Shown in pieces: positions 33,922 through 48,628 of a stretch of DNA of 64,000 nt. Origin of the DNA: an uncultured Gammaproteobacteria bacterium (GTDB taxonomy: Bacteria > Pseudomonadota > Gammaproteobacteria > UBA6002); contig CAVPKM010000018.1 in assembly GCA_963705725.1 (NCBI GenBank), positions 1 to 64,000 of the forward strand, written 5' to 3'. The notes beneath the pieces were generated by a model that was not told the origin of the DNA, did not search any database, and saw only the letters and a list, made by a program, of their open reading frames with translations. How positions within the stretch are numbered: the first letter of the stretch is position 1; each line of letters begins with the position of its first letter. The position numbers and the translations under genes are program-made.

Positions 33922-35442
33922 TTACACTTCATTATATATCTCAACAATTTGTCCATTTGTATTGACGGAAGCGGTTGTGCCTGATTGGACAAGGTCATTT
34001 CGTGTTTGATGAAGTTTTTTAAAATAGGTAGGACTAATCTCACCGGTGACATAGCGTCCAGTGAATACTGAATCTTCTAATTGCGTAATATTTGGATTAC
34101 ATAGTTGTATCGCTTTATAGAGATCTTCAAGGTCTTGATAGATCAGCCAATCTGCACCAATTAATTTAGCAATTTCTTCAGTACTTCGATTATGCGCAAT
34201 TAACTCATCAGAGGTTGGCATGTCAATGCCATAGACATTAGGAAATTTAACGGGTGGAGCTGCAGACGCAAAATAGACCTTTCTCGCGCCTGCATCTCTT
34301 GCCATTTGAATAATTTCTTTAGACGTCGTTCCCCTCACAATGGAGTCATCGACAAGTAGCACATTTCTATCTTTAAATTCAAGTGGAATAGGATTAAGTT
34401 TTTGCCTAACAGATTTTCTTCTGAGCTTTTGACCAGGCATAATAAAGGTGCGACCAATGTATCGATTTTTTACGCAACCTTCACGATAACTCACCCCTAA
34501 GGTTTCTGCTAGAGGAAGCGCTGCTGTTCTACTGGTGTCAGGTATGGGAATCACGACATCGATATCATGCTGAGAACGCATGCGTAATATTTTTTTAGCT
34601 AAAAATTCACCCATGAGTATTCTTACTTGGTGGACAGAAATACCATCAAGAATGGAATCCGGTCTTGCTAGATAGATGTATTCAAATAGACAAGGTGCAT
34701 GAAGGGTTTTAGTCGCACATTGCTGTTGATAAAGTTCTCCCTGCTTGGTGATATAAACCGCTTCACCTGGTGCTAAATCTCCAATTAAATGATAGCCAAG
34801 CGCATCTAATGCAATACTTTCAGAGGCAATCATATACTCAGTGCCTCGCTCATTTTTTCTTGAACCCCAAACCACGGGTCGAATGCCAAAAGGATCACGA
34901 AAAGCTACAATGCCGTAACCAGCTATCATAATAACGCATGCATATGCCCCAAGACAGCGCGCATGAACTGCACTAACTGCATGAAAAACATCTTCTGCGG
35001 TCAAGTTGATCTTTCCCAAACATTGAAGTTCATGGGCAAAAACATTGAGCAATACTTCAGAATCAGATGAAGTATTAAGCTGTCGTAAATCCGCTTCTAA
35101 TAAATTTTGAGTTAATTCTTCTGCGTTAATCAAATTACCATTATGAGCAATCGCTAAACCATAAGGAGAATTGACATAAAAAGGTTGAGCTTCAGCTGGG
35201 CTTGCACTTCCGGCCGTAGGATAACGAACATGACCGATTCCCATGTTACCTTGCAGTTGTAACATATGTTTTGCATGGAGGACATCTCGAACAAGACCGT
35301 TTGATTTACGCATGGCCACTTTTTTATCTTTACAGGTAATAATACCCGCTGCATCTTGACCCCGATGTTGCATTACTGTCAATGCATCATAAATATCTTG
35401 ATTTACATTACTTGTCGCAACAATGCCAATTATACCACACAT
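33922..35442 (-). CDS. purF: Amidophosphoribosyltransferase
   Basis: [37 protein letters not shown]. Confidence 0.97.
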   Translation of the reverse strand: MCGIIGIVATSNVNQDIYDALTVMQHRGQDAAGIITCKDKKVAMRKSNGLVRDVLHAKHMLQLQGNMGIGHVRYPTAGSASPAEAQPFYVNSPYGLAIAHNGNLINAEELTQNLLEADLRQLNTSSDSEVLLNVFAHELQCLGKINLTAEDVFHAVSAVHARCLGAYACVIMIAGYGIVAFRDPFGIRPVVWGSRKNERGTEYMIASESIALDALGYHLIGDLAPGEAVYITKQGELYQQQCATKTLHAPCLFEYIYLARPDSILDGISVHQVRILMGEFLAKKILRMRSQHDIDVVIPIPDTSRTAALPLAETLGVSYREGCVKNRYIGRTFIMPGQKLRRKSVRQKLNPIPLEFKDRNVLLVDDSIVRGTTSKEIIQMARDAGARKVYFASAAPPVKFPNVYGIDMPTSDELIAHNRSTEEIAKLIGADWLIYQDLEDLYKAIQLCNPNITQLEDSVFTGRYVTGEISPTYFKKLHQTRNDLVQSGTTASVNTNGQIVEIYNEV

Positions 35443-35449
35443 AGATTTC

Positions 35450-35968
35450 TCAAGTTTTTGAATGCGTTAAGTGTTGAAAATGATACAGCTGCGAAGGAAT
35501 AAGGTGCTGTAACCAGTTTGCAATACCAATAAAATAGGGAATTAAAACAGAATAATGCCACCAAGTCGATTTGACAAATGAGGTCATCATTGTAAATAAA
35601 ATTAAAATAGCAACCAACAAAATACCTCGCGCAAATCCAAAAATCATCCCCAAAAGACGATTTGTTCCTGTAAGTCCAGTGCTTTTAATAAATGCTGAAA
35701 AAAAGTGGTTAATGACTGCGCCAACAATCAATACAAGAATTAGCACAATAAAAAATGCAACAACCAACCGTAAATGCGGAGCGTGAATAGCGGTTAATAA
35801 TAAATTTCCAACAGGTTCAGCAAATCTAAAGGCAACAATAGCAGCAATAATCCAGGTTAAAAGTGAGATAGCTTCAGCAATGAACCCACGCATTGAGCTG
35901 GTCAACGTGGAGAAAAGAATAATCCCGATAATGATATAATCAACAGCATTCATTGAATAAATTGCCAT
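35450..35968 (-). CDS. cvpA: CvpA family membrane protein
   Basis: VDY..., [22 protein letters not shown]; conserved dedD-cvpA-purF position. Confidence 0.9.
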   Translation of the reverse strand: MAIYSMNAVDYIIIGIILFSTLTSSMRGFIAEAISLLTWIIAAIVAFRFAEPVGNLLLTAIHAPHLRLVVAFFIVLILVLIVGAVINHFFSAFIKSTGLTGTNRLLGMIFGFARGILLVAILILFTMMTSFVKSTWWHYSVLIPYFIGIANWLQHLIPSQLYHFQHLTHSKT

Positions 35969-35978
35969 ATTAGTTATC

Positions 35979-36674
35979 CTATTTTTTCACCACAATACCA
36001 TTAATTTTAAGCGCTTTTGCAATGAGTTGTTGCTTGATAGTTGCTTCACGCTCTGTAGTTAACGGTCCGACTAACACCTGTATCACTTTTTTATCCTTTA
36101 CTGATTTAAGCGACACAGGATAATTTTCTGCTTTTAATTTTTTCACTAATTTGGAAACATTTTCTTGATTACTAAAACTACCCAGTTGTACCAGCCATAA
36201 TTTTGAATCATCTTTAGTGGCATGTGCTAACGATTGTATTTTTAAAAAATCAGGTTTGCTTAATTCTACTCTCAATGGCTCACGTTGTTTGACTGAAAAT
36301 TTCTGACCAAGTTGATTTGATTCGATTGATCTAATCATCTTATGTTGATTCTCAAAATGATTTTCTTCTTCATTGGCAATTGGGATAGTCGCTTGTTTTT
36401 CAATTATTGCCGTTTGTTCCGCAAGATTTGGTATATTGTTTTGAGTAATTGAGTGCTGAGAGGAAATAATGGCATGTTCAATATCAGCAAATTGGTTTTT
36501 TCTTGGTGAAATAACAGCAGTCTCATCTCGTTTTTGTTCAAGGTGCTCTTTCTTCTCAAGAAGTTCAGGTCGATCTTTTCCAAAGATCCAAGGAAAGATT
36601 ATCAATGCGAGAAAAATAAGCAAAATAATTCCGATGATCCGTTGCTTAAACCCGTTAATTACCATCTCACTCAT
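35979..36674 (-). CDS. dedD: SPOR-domain cell division protein DedD
   Basis: KQRIIG plus TM anchor, C-terminal VQLGSFS..VLVGP SPOR domain; synteny. Confidence 0.82.
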   Translation of the reverse strand: MSEMVINGFKQRIIGIILLIFLALIIFPWIFGKDRPELLEKKEHLEQKRDETAVISPRKNQFADIEHAIISSQHSITQNNIPNLAEQTAIIEKQATIPIANEEENHFENQHKMIRSIESNQLGQKFSVKQREPLRVELSKPDFLKIQSLAHATKDDSKLWLVQLGSFSNQENVSKLVKKLKAENYPVSLKSVKDKKVIQVLVGPLTTEREATIKQQLIAKALKINGIVVKK

Positions 36675-37951
36675 AAATCATCATCTACATCTACAGCAAT
36701 ATCTACATAATTTTTCAAATAATTCAACACTTCTGCCACTGTAACAAAAGAACCGAATACAATAATTCGCTGGTCAGCGCTCATCTCTGCAGCAGCGCTT
36801 TTAAAAGCATCAAGAACGGTATCATAATTATAACATTGTACCTCTTCAAAATCTTCAAAATTAGCGGCAAGCTCCGCTGAACTTGCTCCCCTTTCATGAT
36901 TGAGTGTTGCAAAATGCCATTCTTTAATAATCGATCGGCAAGGCAGTAAAGTATTTGCAATATCTTTATCTTTCATCATTCCAACTACCGCCTTCAAGCG
37001 AAAATCGTTTCCTTCAGAAAGTAGGTTTTTCATTAATAAATCAGTCGCAGCAGGGTTGTGCGCCACATCTAAAATACAATTGATAGGATGATCAAATCTT
37101 TGAAATCTTCCAGGTAGGGCCGCGTTCAGAATACTACGATGCAGCAAGGAAAAGGAAAGGTGAAAAAATTGATCCAAGAGATGAATGGCCATTAAGGCAG
37201 TTGCTGCATTAATAAGTGAAAGATTCGGAATAGGCAGGGTATTAATTCTTTTTTCGCCACCAACCCACGACCACGTTGCTGTGTTTTGATCGAATGAATA
37301 ATCTTTTTTTATTAAAAAAATCTGACAGTCTATCTCTTTTGCATAGTCAAGTAATGAAGCGGGAGGGTTAGGATCACCACAAATAGCAAGCCGTCCTGAT
37401 CTAAAGATTCCTGCTTTTTCAAGTGCAATTTGTTCGCGAGTTGTGCCAAGCCATTCTTCATGATCAAGGTCGATAGAGGTAATAATCGCGATATCCGGAT
37501 CGACAATGTTAACTGCGTCTAGCCTTCCTCCAAGCCCTACCTCTAAAATTAATAGGTCAAGATCAATTTGTTTAAAAAGCCAAAGCGCAGCTAAGGTCGT
37601 AAACTCAAAGAAGGTAAGAGGAATATCCTTTCTTCCAGCCTCAATGAATTCAAAGGCGGTGATTAATTGGCTATCCGATACCTCACGGTTATTGATTTTA
37701 ATTCTTTCGTTAAAATTTAATAAATGAGGAGAGGTATAGACGCCTATGCGATAATTGTTCATACTCGCAATAGATTCAATCAACTTGACACATGAGCCCT
37801 TTCCATTGGTACCACCCACTGTAAGAACAGGGCAATTGAATCTTGTTAAACCTAGTTTTTTTCCAATAGATTTAATGCGGTCAAGTTCAAGTTCCATATT
37901 TTTTGGATGGATTTTTTCAATATAATTGGTCCATTCAGTCACGTTTTTCAT
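36671..37951 (-). CDS. folC: Bifunctional folylpolyglutamate/dihydrofolate synthase
   Basis: [44 protein letters not shown]. Confidence 0.96.
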   Translation of the reverse strand: MKNVTEWTNYIEKIHPKNMELELDRIKSIGKKLGLTRFNCPVLTVGGTNGKGSCVKLIESIASMNNYRIGVYTSPHLLNFNERIKINNREVSDSQLITAFEFIEAGRKDIPLTFFEFTTLAALWLFKQIDLDLLILEVGLGGRLDAVNIVDPDIAIITSIDLDHEEWLGTTREQIALEKAGIFRSGRLAICGDPNPPASLLDYAKEIDCQIFLIKKDYSFDQNTATWSWVGGEKRINTLPIPNLSLINAATALMAIHLLDQFFHLSFSLLHRSILNAALPGRFQRFDHPINCILDVAHNPAATDLLMKNLLSEGNDFRLKAVVGMMKDKDIANTLLPCRSIIKEWHFATLNHERGASSAELAANFEDFEEVQCYNYDTVLDAFKSAAAEMSADQRIIVFGSFVTVAEVLNYLKNYVDIAVDVDDDL

Positions 37952-38838
37952 TGAATATGCGTCACCTCTTCGCCGAAATCCTGTAATTGCTGATGAGTCA
38001 ATATTGCAAGTAAACTTGCAATACGATTTCTCATGTCACGACGATCAACGATCATATCAATTGCGCCATGTTCTAATAAAAATTCACTTCGCTGAAAGCC
38101 TTCAGGAAGTTTTTCGCGAACTGTCTGCTCAATCACTCTGGGACCGGCAAATCCAATCAAAGCTTTTGGTTCAGCAATAATGATATCACCTAGCATTGCA
38201 AGACTGGCAGACACTCCGCCCATGGTGGGATCTATTAAAACACTAATAAAAGGAATGCTTTTTTTCGAATTTCTTGCCAAAACTGCACTGGTTTTGGCCA
38301 TTTGAAATAGTGAAATCAGCCCCTCTTGCATTCTTGCCCCACCGCTTGTTGCAAAACAAACAAAGGGTATTTTTGCTTCATAGCTGGCATTTGCAGCTCG
38401 CACGAAACGCTCACCCACAGCGCTTCCCATTGAGCCACCAATAAATTCAAACTCAAAGGCGCAAGCGACAATTGGCATACCAACTAAGCGTCCTTGAATG
38501 GCAATTAACGCATCTTTTTCACCAGATTTTTTTTGTGCTGCGATTAAACGATCTTTATATTTCTTAGTATCACGAAATTTCAGATAATCCACCGGTCCCA
38601 CTTCAATCCCTAATTCTTTTCTATTGTCTTGATCTAAAAAAGCCTCAAGACGTTCTCGTGCCGTCATGCGAGTGTGAAACGTACACTTAGGACAAACACC
38701 AAGATTTTTCTTTAGCTCAGCGGCATATAAAATGGAATCGCAACCTGGACATTTGGTCCAAATTCCTTCTGGTACTCGCTTTTCGCTAGACAAAGTTCGA
38801 ATTTTGGCAGGAAATAATTTTTTTAGCCAACTCATCAT
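37948..38838 (-). CDS. accD: Acetyl-CoA carboxylase carboxyltransferase beta
   Basis: Zinc finger [35 protein letters not shown]. Confidence 0.97.
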   Translation of the reverse strand: MMSWLKKLFPAKIRTLSSEKRVPEGIWTKCPGCDSILYAAELKKNLGVCPKCTFHTRMTARERLEAFLDQDNRKELGIEVGPVDYLKFRDTKKYKDRLIAAQKKSGEKDALIAIQGRLVGMPIVACAFEFEFIGGSMGSAVGERFVRAANASYEAKIPFVCFATSGGARMQEGLISLFQMAKTSAVLARNSKKSIPFISVLIDPTMGGVSASLAMLGDIIIAEPKALIGFAGPRVIEQTVREKLPEGFQRSEFLLEHGAIDMIVDRRDMRNRIASLLAILTHQQLQDFGEEVTHIQ

Positions 38839-39914
38839 TTATCCTTTTCATTTGATAACTGTAAGATTTCGTTGAATATCATTTGATTACTATTTGGCAA
38901 TCTATATGCTAATAAACGCGTTTTTTGTTCTTTTTTATGCTGAAAAACATGGTGAATCATATTGTATAGTGACTCTTGACTTAAATTTTCTTCCAAAAGA
39001 ATATGGCTCAATCCTTTATTAGCGAAATAATTCGCATTAAGTATCTGGTCTCCCCTACTCGCTCTTAACGACAGTGGAATAAGGATGTGAGGTTTTTTTA
39101 GTTGTAATAATTCATATAATGAATTCGCACCTGCACGAGATACCACAACATCACTGCAGGCAAAAAGATCAGCTAATTCTTCATGCAAGTATTCAAATTG
39201 TTTATAACGAGGCTGATCATTAAACGTCGTATCTAATTTTCCTTTGCCACAGATGTGAATAATCTGAAAATGAATCAACAATTTTGGTAAAATTTCTCGT
39301 ATTATTTGATTAATGACACTCGCACCCTGGCTGCCGCCTAAGATTAATATAACTGGATCTTGATCATTAAATTCACAATATAGCCTTCCTCTTGCTGCAA
39401 CGCCTTGTAACAAGGCTTCCCTAATAGGTGTGCCCGTAACCACAATTTTTTTTGAAGCAATATGCTGTTTTCCTTCTTCAAAGGTCACACAGATTTTATC
39501 TGCAAATGGGAAACTCATTTTATTAGCAAGGCCCGGGGTTAAATCTGATTCATGAATGATAACCGGTATACGATTTAACCAAGCTCCGACTACAATCGGA
39601 AAAGCCACAAAGCCACCCTTAGAAAAAACGATTGTCGGCTTAATTTTGCGACACAACCAAAATGCTTGCCATAAACCCATCCCTATTGCGATAGGTTCGA
39701 AAAATGTTCGCCAACTCAAATAGCGCCTGAACTTACCCACCCAAATCCCATAGTAAGGAATATTACTCTGGCGTTTGATAATCTCTTTCTCAACGCCTTG
39801 CCGGGATCCCGCATAAACCACCTTCCAGCTGGCAGTAAGAAATTTATTGATTAGCGCAAGGTTAGGTGTCACATGCCCCGATGTTCCGCCGCCAGTAAAT
39901 AATATTGTTTTCAT
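38835..39914 (-). CDS. murG: Lipid I GlcNAc transferase MurG
   Basis: [54 protein letters not shown]. Confidence 0.92.
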   Translation of the reverse strand: MKTILFTGGGTSGHVTPNLALINKFLTASWKVVYAGSRQGVEKEIIKRQSNIPYYGIWVGKFRRYLSWRTFFEPIAIGMGLWQAFWLCRKIKPTIVFSKGGFVAFPIVVGAWLNRIPVIIHESDLTPGLANKMSFPFADKICVTFEEGKQHIASKKIVVTGTPIREALLQGVAARGRLYCEFNDQDPVILILGGSQGASVINQIIREILPKLLIHFQIIHICGKGKLDTTFNDQPRYKQFEYLHEELADLFACSDVVVSRAGANSLYELLQLKKPHILIPLSLRASRGDQILNANYFANKGLSHILLEENLSQESLYNMIHHVFQHKKEQKTRLLAYRLPNSNQMIFNEILQLSNEKDK

Positions 39915-39964
39915 TTATACCTTTTATCAATGAATTTTTCTGCTTGCAAGCGTGTTTCTCGCGC

Positions 39965-40750
39965 CTAGCCTAACAAAAATAATGGATTTTTAAAACAGGT
40001 TGGCAGATTAAAATTGTCTCCATATTTCACCCCTGATAAATATAGGCCGTTTGCTAACGCCGTTCTGCTAGCACAGTTTCGATTTTTAATGAGCAGCAGT
40101 TCGCTACACCAATCGACAGGCTGTCTATCCAAACCAATTTCAAGCAACACTCCCACGATATTTCGGACCATATGATGTAAAAAACTATTCGCTATGATAT
40201 CAATCATAATAAATGGGGGTTTGCTAACAACATTTATTGAAAAAATATAACGATTTGCTGTTCGCGATTGGCATGCGGCACTTCTAAAAGAGGAAAAGTC
40301 GTGCTCACCAATCAGCACTTGCGAGGCAAGATGCATTTTTTTAGCATTTAATGTTTGATTCACCCAAGTAGTCAAGGGTGAACAAAGACTGGAACGAACA
40401 GGATGATTATAAATGATATAGTGATAATGCCTCGATAAGGCTGAAAATCTGGCATGAAAAGTCTGATCGACTGGTGTTGCCCATTGAACACTGATTGTTG
40501 AAGGCAAATAGGAATTTGCTCCTTGTAACCACGCAACGATTTTTCTTTCCGCTTGAGTGTCAAAATGAATCACTTGATGGGTTGCGTGAACGCCAGCATC
40601 GGTTCTACCTGCACAGTAAACTTGTATGGTTTCATCGGCAATGCAAGACAGTGCTGTTTCGAGTGAACCTTGTACAGTTAAGGTATCCTTTTGTCTTTGC
40701 CAGCCATGAAAGTTCGCTCCATTATATTCAATTCCTAGCGCAATTCTCAT
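39965..40750 (-). CDS. truA: tRNA pseudouridine(38-40) synthase
   Basis: EYNG..FHGWQRQ, AGRTDAGVHA, FHARFSA, FLHHMVRNIVG. Confidence 0.96.
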   Translation of the reverse strand: MRIALGIEYNGANFHGWQRQKDTLTVQGSLETALSCIADETIQVYCAGRTDAGVHATHQVIHFDTQAERKIVAWLQGANSYLPSTISVQWATPVDQTFHARFSALSRHYHYIIYNHPVRSSLCSPLTTWVNQTLNAKKMHLASQVLIGEHDFSSFRSAACQSRTANRYIFSINVVSKPPFIMIDIIANSFLHHMVRNIVGVLLEIGLDRQPVDWCSELLLIKNRNCASRTALANGLYLSGVKYGDNFNLPTCFKNPLFLLG

Positions 40751-40754
40751 TTGA

Positions 40755-41834
40755 TCAAGTCAGTGTATCTAATAAATCACGTGCTTGTTTTCGCTGTTCC
40801 TTATTACCATTTTTCAACACATCTTTAAGTGCGGTTTCTGCAGAAGCAGAATCACCCATATCGATGTAGGCTCGAGCAAGATCAAGCTTGGCAGGAATAC
40901 TTTCACGGCTATTCATGAAATCATATTCATCAGATTTTTTAATATCAGGTTGTAATGATGTTTTTAAATTGGGTTTGAAAGTACGAAACAATAAATAGCT
41001 TAAAAAAACAAGCGTTGCAAAGGCAGCAGTTAAGCCCACACTATTATGCTTTAAGTTAATTAGCAAAATTCGGTTAAAATTAGTCGTATCTTGAGCATGT
41101 TTGCTAGTTAGATGAACAAGTTGATAAGATAAAGACTGCAGTTGAGTCTCAGCTTTATTAACTTTCGCCTGAATCAGCTTAACTTGTTCATTAATTTTAT
41201 TAATTTGATTTTCCGTCTGCAAGGCAGCTACTTTATTAGCTTCAATCACCTCATTCAGCTTATCGCTAAGCGTATTTAATTGTTCTTTTTGTTGATCCAT
41301 ACTGGTACTGCTAACTAACTGGTTATCCTGCTTTTGCACATTGCTTGCAGTAGACAGTGAATGCTTAGCCGGAGAAGTGTTAAGTGAATTTTTAGCAGTG
41401 TTAGATGTATCATCAATCAGGGCTTTTTCGACTTTTTTTGTTGTTTTTTTCTTGGTTTTTTTAACGACATGCACTTTATTATCGCTTCTTTTTTCCCATA
41501 TTTTATTTTGATAATTGACAATTTGTGCTGCTTCTGCGGGCGATACTTGCCTAATCACAGCAAGTGGCGGCAAATTTAAATGATAACCGGCCTTTAAGGC
41601 ATTGATATTATGTTGAACAAACGCATTGGGATTGACCCTGAGTATGGCTACCATCATTTGGGGGATACTGATGTCTTGCTTAGGCCTGACACGGAGCGCA
41701 ATGCGGTATAAATGTTCATTTTCAAAGGTGGGGCCATAAAAGGAGTAAGCGGCAAAAATATGCATTGGCATGCACATTAAGATAAATAGCATAAACCCTT
41801 TGATGATTTTACGCATGATCCCTCTCCTTGACAT
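40755..41834 (-). CDS. fimV: Short FimV/HubP-like polar landmark protein
   Basis: Signal peptide, LysM-like core (QMMVAI...NPNAF..NINALKAG), coiled coil, TM, C-terminal KLDLARAYIDMGD; asd-fimV-truA synteny. Confidence 0.8.
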   Translation of the reverse strand: MSRRGIMRKIIKGFMLFILMCMPMHIFAAYSFYGPTFENEHLYRIALRVRPKQDISIPQMMVAILRVNPNAFVQHNINALKAGYHLNLPPLAVIRQVSPAEAAQIVNYQNKIWEKRSDNKVHVVKKTKKKTTKKVEKALIDDTSNTAKNSLNTSPAKHSLSTASNVQKQDNQLVSSTSMDQQKEQLNTLSDKLNEVIEANKVAALQTENQINKINEQVKLIQAKVNKAETQLQSLSYQLVHLTSKHAQDTTNFNRILLINLKHNSVGLTAAFATLVFLSYLLFRTFKPNLKTSLQPDIKKSDEYDFMNSRESIPAKLDLARAYIDMGDSASAETALKDVLKNGNKEQRKQARDLLDTLT

Positions 41835-41881
41835 ATAAGAGATAAATCATATAAGAAATTGAAACTCTTCGCCACTAATCC

Positions 41882-42061
41882 TTATCGGGGTACCAAGCGA
41901 TTTTCATCTTTTTCAAAATTGCAATCCACAATAATTTCACCCTTATCTGTCTTAAACTGGTCAGGAATGAAAGGTCTGGATTTTACTTTAGGCGCGGAGT
42001 CATTGGGATTGGAAGATATTGAGTGATGCGCTTCAATTTTTTTTTCACTTACGACAGACAT
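41882..42061 (-). CDS. Small hypothetical protein (59 aa), absent from the ORF track
   Basis: ATG..TAA ORF MSVVSEKKIEAHHSISSNPNDSAPKVKSRPFIPDQFKTDKGEIIVDCNFEKDENRLVPR with AAAGGT RBS, co-directional between asd and fimV. Confidence 0.55.
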   Translation of the reverse strand: MSVVSEKKIEAHHSISSNPNDSAPKVKSRPFIPDQFKTDKGEIIVDCNFEKDENRLVPR

Positions 42062-42167
42062 TCAGCACCTTTTAAAAAAAGTTATCATGCTTTTAGAATA
42101 ACAAGCCAGGCTTAAGGAAGTCTTAAGTAAAGAAAATATAATTTTTTTACATTTATAAGGGTATAGC

Positions 42168-43190
42168 TTATAAATTATCCATCTGATTGATCAATAATTC
42201 GGCAATCTGTACTGCGTTCAAGGCAGCGCCTTTTCGAACATTATCTGCAACAATCCAAAGATCCAAGCCATTTGAGCAAGAAATATCTTCTCTAATTCTG
42301 CCTACATAAACCGCATCTTGCATTCCACCTATCCCTACTGCAGTCGGATAATCCTCTTCTTCATCCATAACGATGATTCCCGGCGCATTAGCAAGTAGGG
42401 CTTTTGCATCTGCTGCAGATAACTTTTGTTTCGTTTCTATATGAACGGCTTCAGAATGACCATAGAACACTGGAACCCTAACCGCAGTAGGGTTAATAAA
42501 GATGCTATTATCGTTAAAAATTTTGCGTGTCTCCCAGACAATTTTCATTTCTTCCTTGGTATAACCATTTTCTAGAAAGACATCGATATGTGGAATAACA
42601 TTAAATGCGATTTGTTTGGAAAATACTTTTGGATCGCTTCGTGGTTGTGCATTTAGCAGATTTGCTGTTTGTTCAGCAAGCTCAGTCATGCCATCTTTTC
42701 CTGCTCCTGATACAGATTGGTAAGTGGCTATATTGATTCGCGAGATGCCTACTGCATCATAAATGGGTTTCAAAGCAACAACTAGCTGAATAGTGGAACA
42801 ATTCGGGTTAGCAATAATATTTCGATTTCGATATAAATCAAGCATATTTGGATTAACTTCAGGCACAATCAAGGGAATATCTTCGTCATAACGAAATTGC
42901 GAAGTATTATCGATGACAATACACCCCGCCTCTGCTGCAATTGGTCCATATTTAGCAGAAATAGTAGCACCAGCTGAAAACAAGCCAATTTGAACTTGAG
43001 AGAAATCAAAGGTTTCGGCATTTAATACCGAGAGACTTTTTCGCTTAAAGGTAATCACCTCGCCTTCAGAACGTGAACTTGCGAGCGGATAAAGCTTATT
43101 GATAGGAAATTCTCTTTCCGCTAAAATTTCTAGCATAGTTTCGCCTACTGCACCAGTTGCACCCAGCACCGCTACATTATATTGAGTCAT
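42168..43190 (-). CDS. asd: Aspartate-semialdehyde dehydrogenase
   Basis: [47 protein letters not shown]. Confidence 0.96.
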   Translation of the reverse strand: MTQYNVAVLGATGAVGETMLEILAEREFPINKLYPLASSRSEGEVITFKRKSLSVLNAETFDFSQVQIGLFSAGATISAKYGPIAAEAGCIVIDNTSQFRYDEDIPLIVPEVNPNMLDLYRNRNIIANPNCSTIQLVVALKPIYDAVGISRINIATYQSVSGAGKDGMTELAEQTANLLNAQPRSDPKVFSKQIAFNVIPHIDVFLENGYTKEEMKIVWETRKIFNDNSIFINPTAVRVPVFYGHSEAVHIETKQKLSAADAKALLANAPGIIVMDEEEDYPTAVGIGGMQDAVYVGRIREDISCSNGLDLWIVADNVRKGAALNAVQIAELLINQMDNL

Positions 43191-44256
43191 AGTCCTCTCT
43201 CTATTTTATTTACTGCAGACTGTCTTAACCAATAATCAATCAAGACTAATCTTAACATGGCTTCCGCAACTGGCACAGCACGTATTCCAACACAAGGATC
43301 GTGTCGGCCGGTTGTAACAATAGTTTGCTCATTGCCATTAATATCAATCGTTCGTCCAGGTAAGCGGATGCTTGGCGTGGGTTTTAGGGCAATTGAGACA
43401 AGAATATCTTGCCCTGTTGAAATTCCACCCAAAATTCCCCCTGAATGATTTGTCAAAAACCCTTTTGTAGTAAGCTCATCACGATGTGCTGATCCCAATT
43501 GCTCAACAACATCAAATCCCTCTCCAATTTCAACGCCTTTGACTGCATTAATGCTCATTAAAGCACTTGCAATTGCTGCATTTAGTTTATCAAATACCGG
43601 TTCGCCTAATCCAACTGGGACGCCTTTTGCAATCAAGCAAACTTTTGAACCAATTGAATCTCCTTTTTTTCTTAAGGAGTGGATCAATTTTTCCAAATCG
43701 GAAAGGCAGGTTGAATCAGGGAAAAAAAAGGATTACACCTCGCTTCTTGAAGATCAATTTTATTTGGAATAATTGATCCAACTTGGGCCACATAACCACT
43801 TACTGTAATTCCAAGGCTATCAAGATATTTTTTTGCAATTGCACCTGCAGCAACCCTAATCGCCGTTTCCCTAGCAGAGGCTCTGCCACCACCTCGATGA
43901 TCTCGAATACCATATTTACCTTGATAGGTATAGTCTGCATGAGAAGGTCGAAAAACATCCTTTAGTGAATGGTAATCTTTAGACTTTGCATCTTGATTTT
44001 CAATTAGCAGGCCAATAGGTGTCCCTGTTGTTATGCCCTCGTAAGTTCCGGATAAGATCTTAACTTGATCTGATTCTTGCCGCTGGCTAGTAAAGCGATT
44101 ATTTCCTGGTTTACGACGATCTAGTTCTTCTTGAATATCTCCTTCAGAAAGCACCATTCCAGGAGGACAGCCGTCAACAATTCCTCCAATTGCAGGTCCA
44201 TGACTTTCTCCAAAGGTGGTTACTGTGAATAATTTACCAAAACTATTTCCAGCCAT
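43187..44256 (-). CDS. aroC: Chorismate synthase, split by a 1-nt deletion in a T8 run (43722-43729)
   Basis: [23 protein letters not shown] in the 5' ORF; [20 protein letters not shown] in the 3' ORF; one extra T gives NPFFFPD and a 356-aa protein. Confidence 0.92.
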
Positions 44257-44258
44257 GA

Positions 44259-45191
44259 TTAATTGACACGAAATAAATGCTGATAATCACAAAGCTGTTC
44301 ATAAGTTAATAGAAAAACGCCATCCCCACCGTATTCAAAATCTAGCCAAATGAAAGGAGCAGTGGGAAAGGCTTCAATCAACGCATCTTGCGCATTCCCT
44401 ACTTCTACAATTAATAGGCCTCCTGGTAATAGATAATCCACTGCTTGATTTAAAATTCGCTTCACAATCGCGATACCGCTTTCTTCAGCAAGAAGAGAAA
44501 TCATAGGTTCATGCTGATACTCACTAGGAAGAGAGCGGTATTCTTGCTCGGAAACGTAAGGGGGATTACTAACAATAATATGATATTTTTGTTCCACCTT
44601 CTCAAAAAGGTCGGATTGAATAAGCTCCACATTATTCTCTAAATCATATTTATTAATATTAATTTTGGCCACAGCTAAGGCATTTTGATCAATATCTACC
44701 CCATCCACCTGACAATTTTCTATCAAAAGTGCACAAGCCACAGCTATACAACCACTGCCAGTACAAAGATCTAATACAACATAATTTTCTTCATTTTGTA
44801 ACCAAGGCGAAAAACCATTAAGAATCAATTCGGCAATCGGCGAACGAGGAATAATCACTCGTTCATCCACATAAAATTCTATGCCTGCGAACCAGGCTTT
44901 TTTAAGCAAATAAGCGGTAGGAATTCTGTTTTGAATCCGCTGAAAGATTAGATCACATAAATAACGACGTTCCATCATTGTCAACTTTGCATCGAACAAT
45001 TCATTAGTTGACCCGGGTGGGAGATTAACTGCTGTCAATATTAAGGTTCGGGCTTCGTCTAGCGCATTATCTGTACCATGCCCATAAAATAAGTTAGCTT
45101 CATTAAATCGACTATAGGCATATCGGAAATAATCGCGCACAGTAGTTAATTCTTTGCTAATTTCCAATAAATTTTGTGTATTTAAACTCAT
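44259..45191 (-). CDS. prmB: Ribosomal protein L3 glutamine methyltransferase
   Basis: [45 protein letters not shown]; prmB-aroC synteny. Confidence 0.95.
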   Translation of the reverse strand: MSLNTQNLLEISKELTTVRDYFRYAYSRFNEANLFYGHGTDNALDEARTLILTAVNLPPGSTNELFDAKLTMMERRYLCDLIFQRIQNRIPTAYLLKKAWFAGIEFYVDERVIIPRSPIAELILNGFSPWLQNEENYVVLDLCTGSGCIAVACALLIENCQVDGVDIDQNALAVAKININKYDLENNVELIQSDLFEKVEQKYHIIVSNPPYVSEQEYRSLPSEYQHEPMISLLAEESGIAIVKRILNQAVDYLLPGGLLIVEVGNAQDALIEAFPTAPFIWLDFEYGGDGVFLLTYEQLCDYQHLFRVN

Positions 45192-45261
45192 AGTAACCTT
45201 CGAATATGGATGCTAATATGAAAGATAGTACTTAAATTATCTTGATAAGCCTAGACAAAAT

Positions 45262-45813
45262 TTGATGAGTCAATTAATGGATGATAACAATAGAGATTCG
45301 ATAGATGATGAAGAGAAAACACTTTTTCGCCAGTCACTAAAAAATGTCAAACGCTTAAAGCCACAAGGAAGAGTGATATTTAAAAAAGCACCCTCAAAAA
45401 AAAAGTCGCAAATTATTTTAAGCGATGAAAAACCGATTTTTTATCTTTCTGATCAGATCGATGTCCCAAATGTCGCACAAGAAGAACCGCTTTATTTTGC
45501 GAGACCTGGCATTTCACCCAAACAACTCACTAAATTCAAACAAGGAAAATTATTCATTCAGGCAAGGCTTGATCTCCATGGCTATTATCTGGAATCTGCA
45601 CGAACTGAACTCCTTCACTTCTTGAACAGGGCGTACGAAAAAAATTATAAAGCTGTATTGATTATTCACGGCAAGGGTCACGGCGATCAGCCCTTGCTGA
45701 AAAACAAAGTTAACCAATGGCTTAGGCAGCTAGAAATAGTCTTGGCTTTTTCATCAGCTCTTCCCAAACATGGGGGAGCAGGGTCGGTATATGTATTATT
45801 AAAAACAAAGTAA
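45262..45813 (+). CDS. Smr/MutS2 domain endonuclease (SmrB-like)
   Basis: LDLHG, IIHGKG, LKNKVNQWL, GGAGSVYVLL; divergent from prmB. Confidence 0.88.
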   Translation: MMSQLMDDNNRDSIDDEEKTLFRQSLKNVKRLKPQGRVIFKKAPSKKKSQIILSDEKPIFYLSDQIDVPNVAQEEPLYFARPGISPKQLTKFKQGKLFIQARLDLHGYYLESARTELLHFLNRAYEKNYKAVLIIHGKGHGDQPLLKNKVNQWLRQLEIVLAFSSALPKHGGAGSVYVLLKTK

Positions 45814-45823
45814 CTATAGTTAC
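45810..45823. repeat. 14-bp perfect palindrome equal to the two MITE ends fused
   Basis: GTAACTATAGTTAC; contains the Smr stop codon, between convergent genes. Confidence 0.45.
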
Positions 45824-45828
45824 CAAAT

Positions 45829-48594
<2,766 letters not shown>

Positions 48595-48628
48595 ACACTA
48601 CCCTTAGCAAAGAGATTTAGGGTATATC

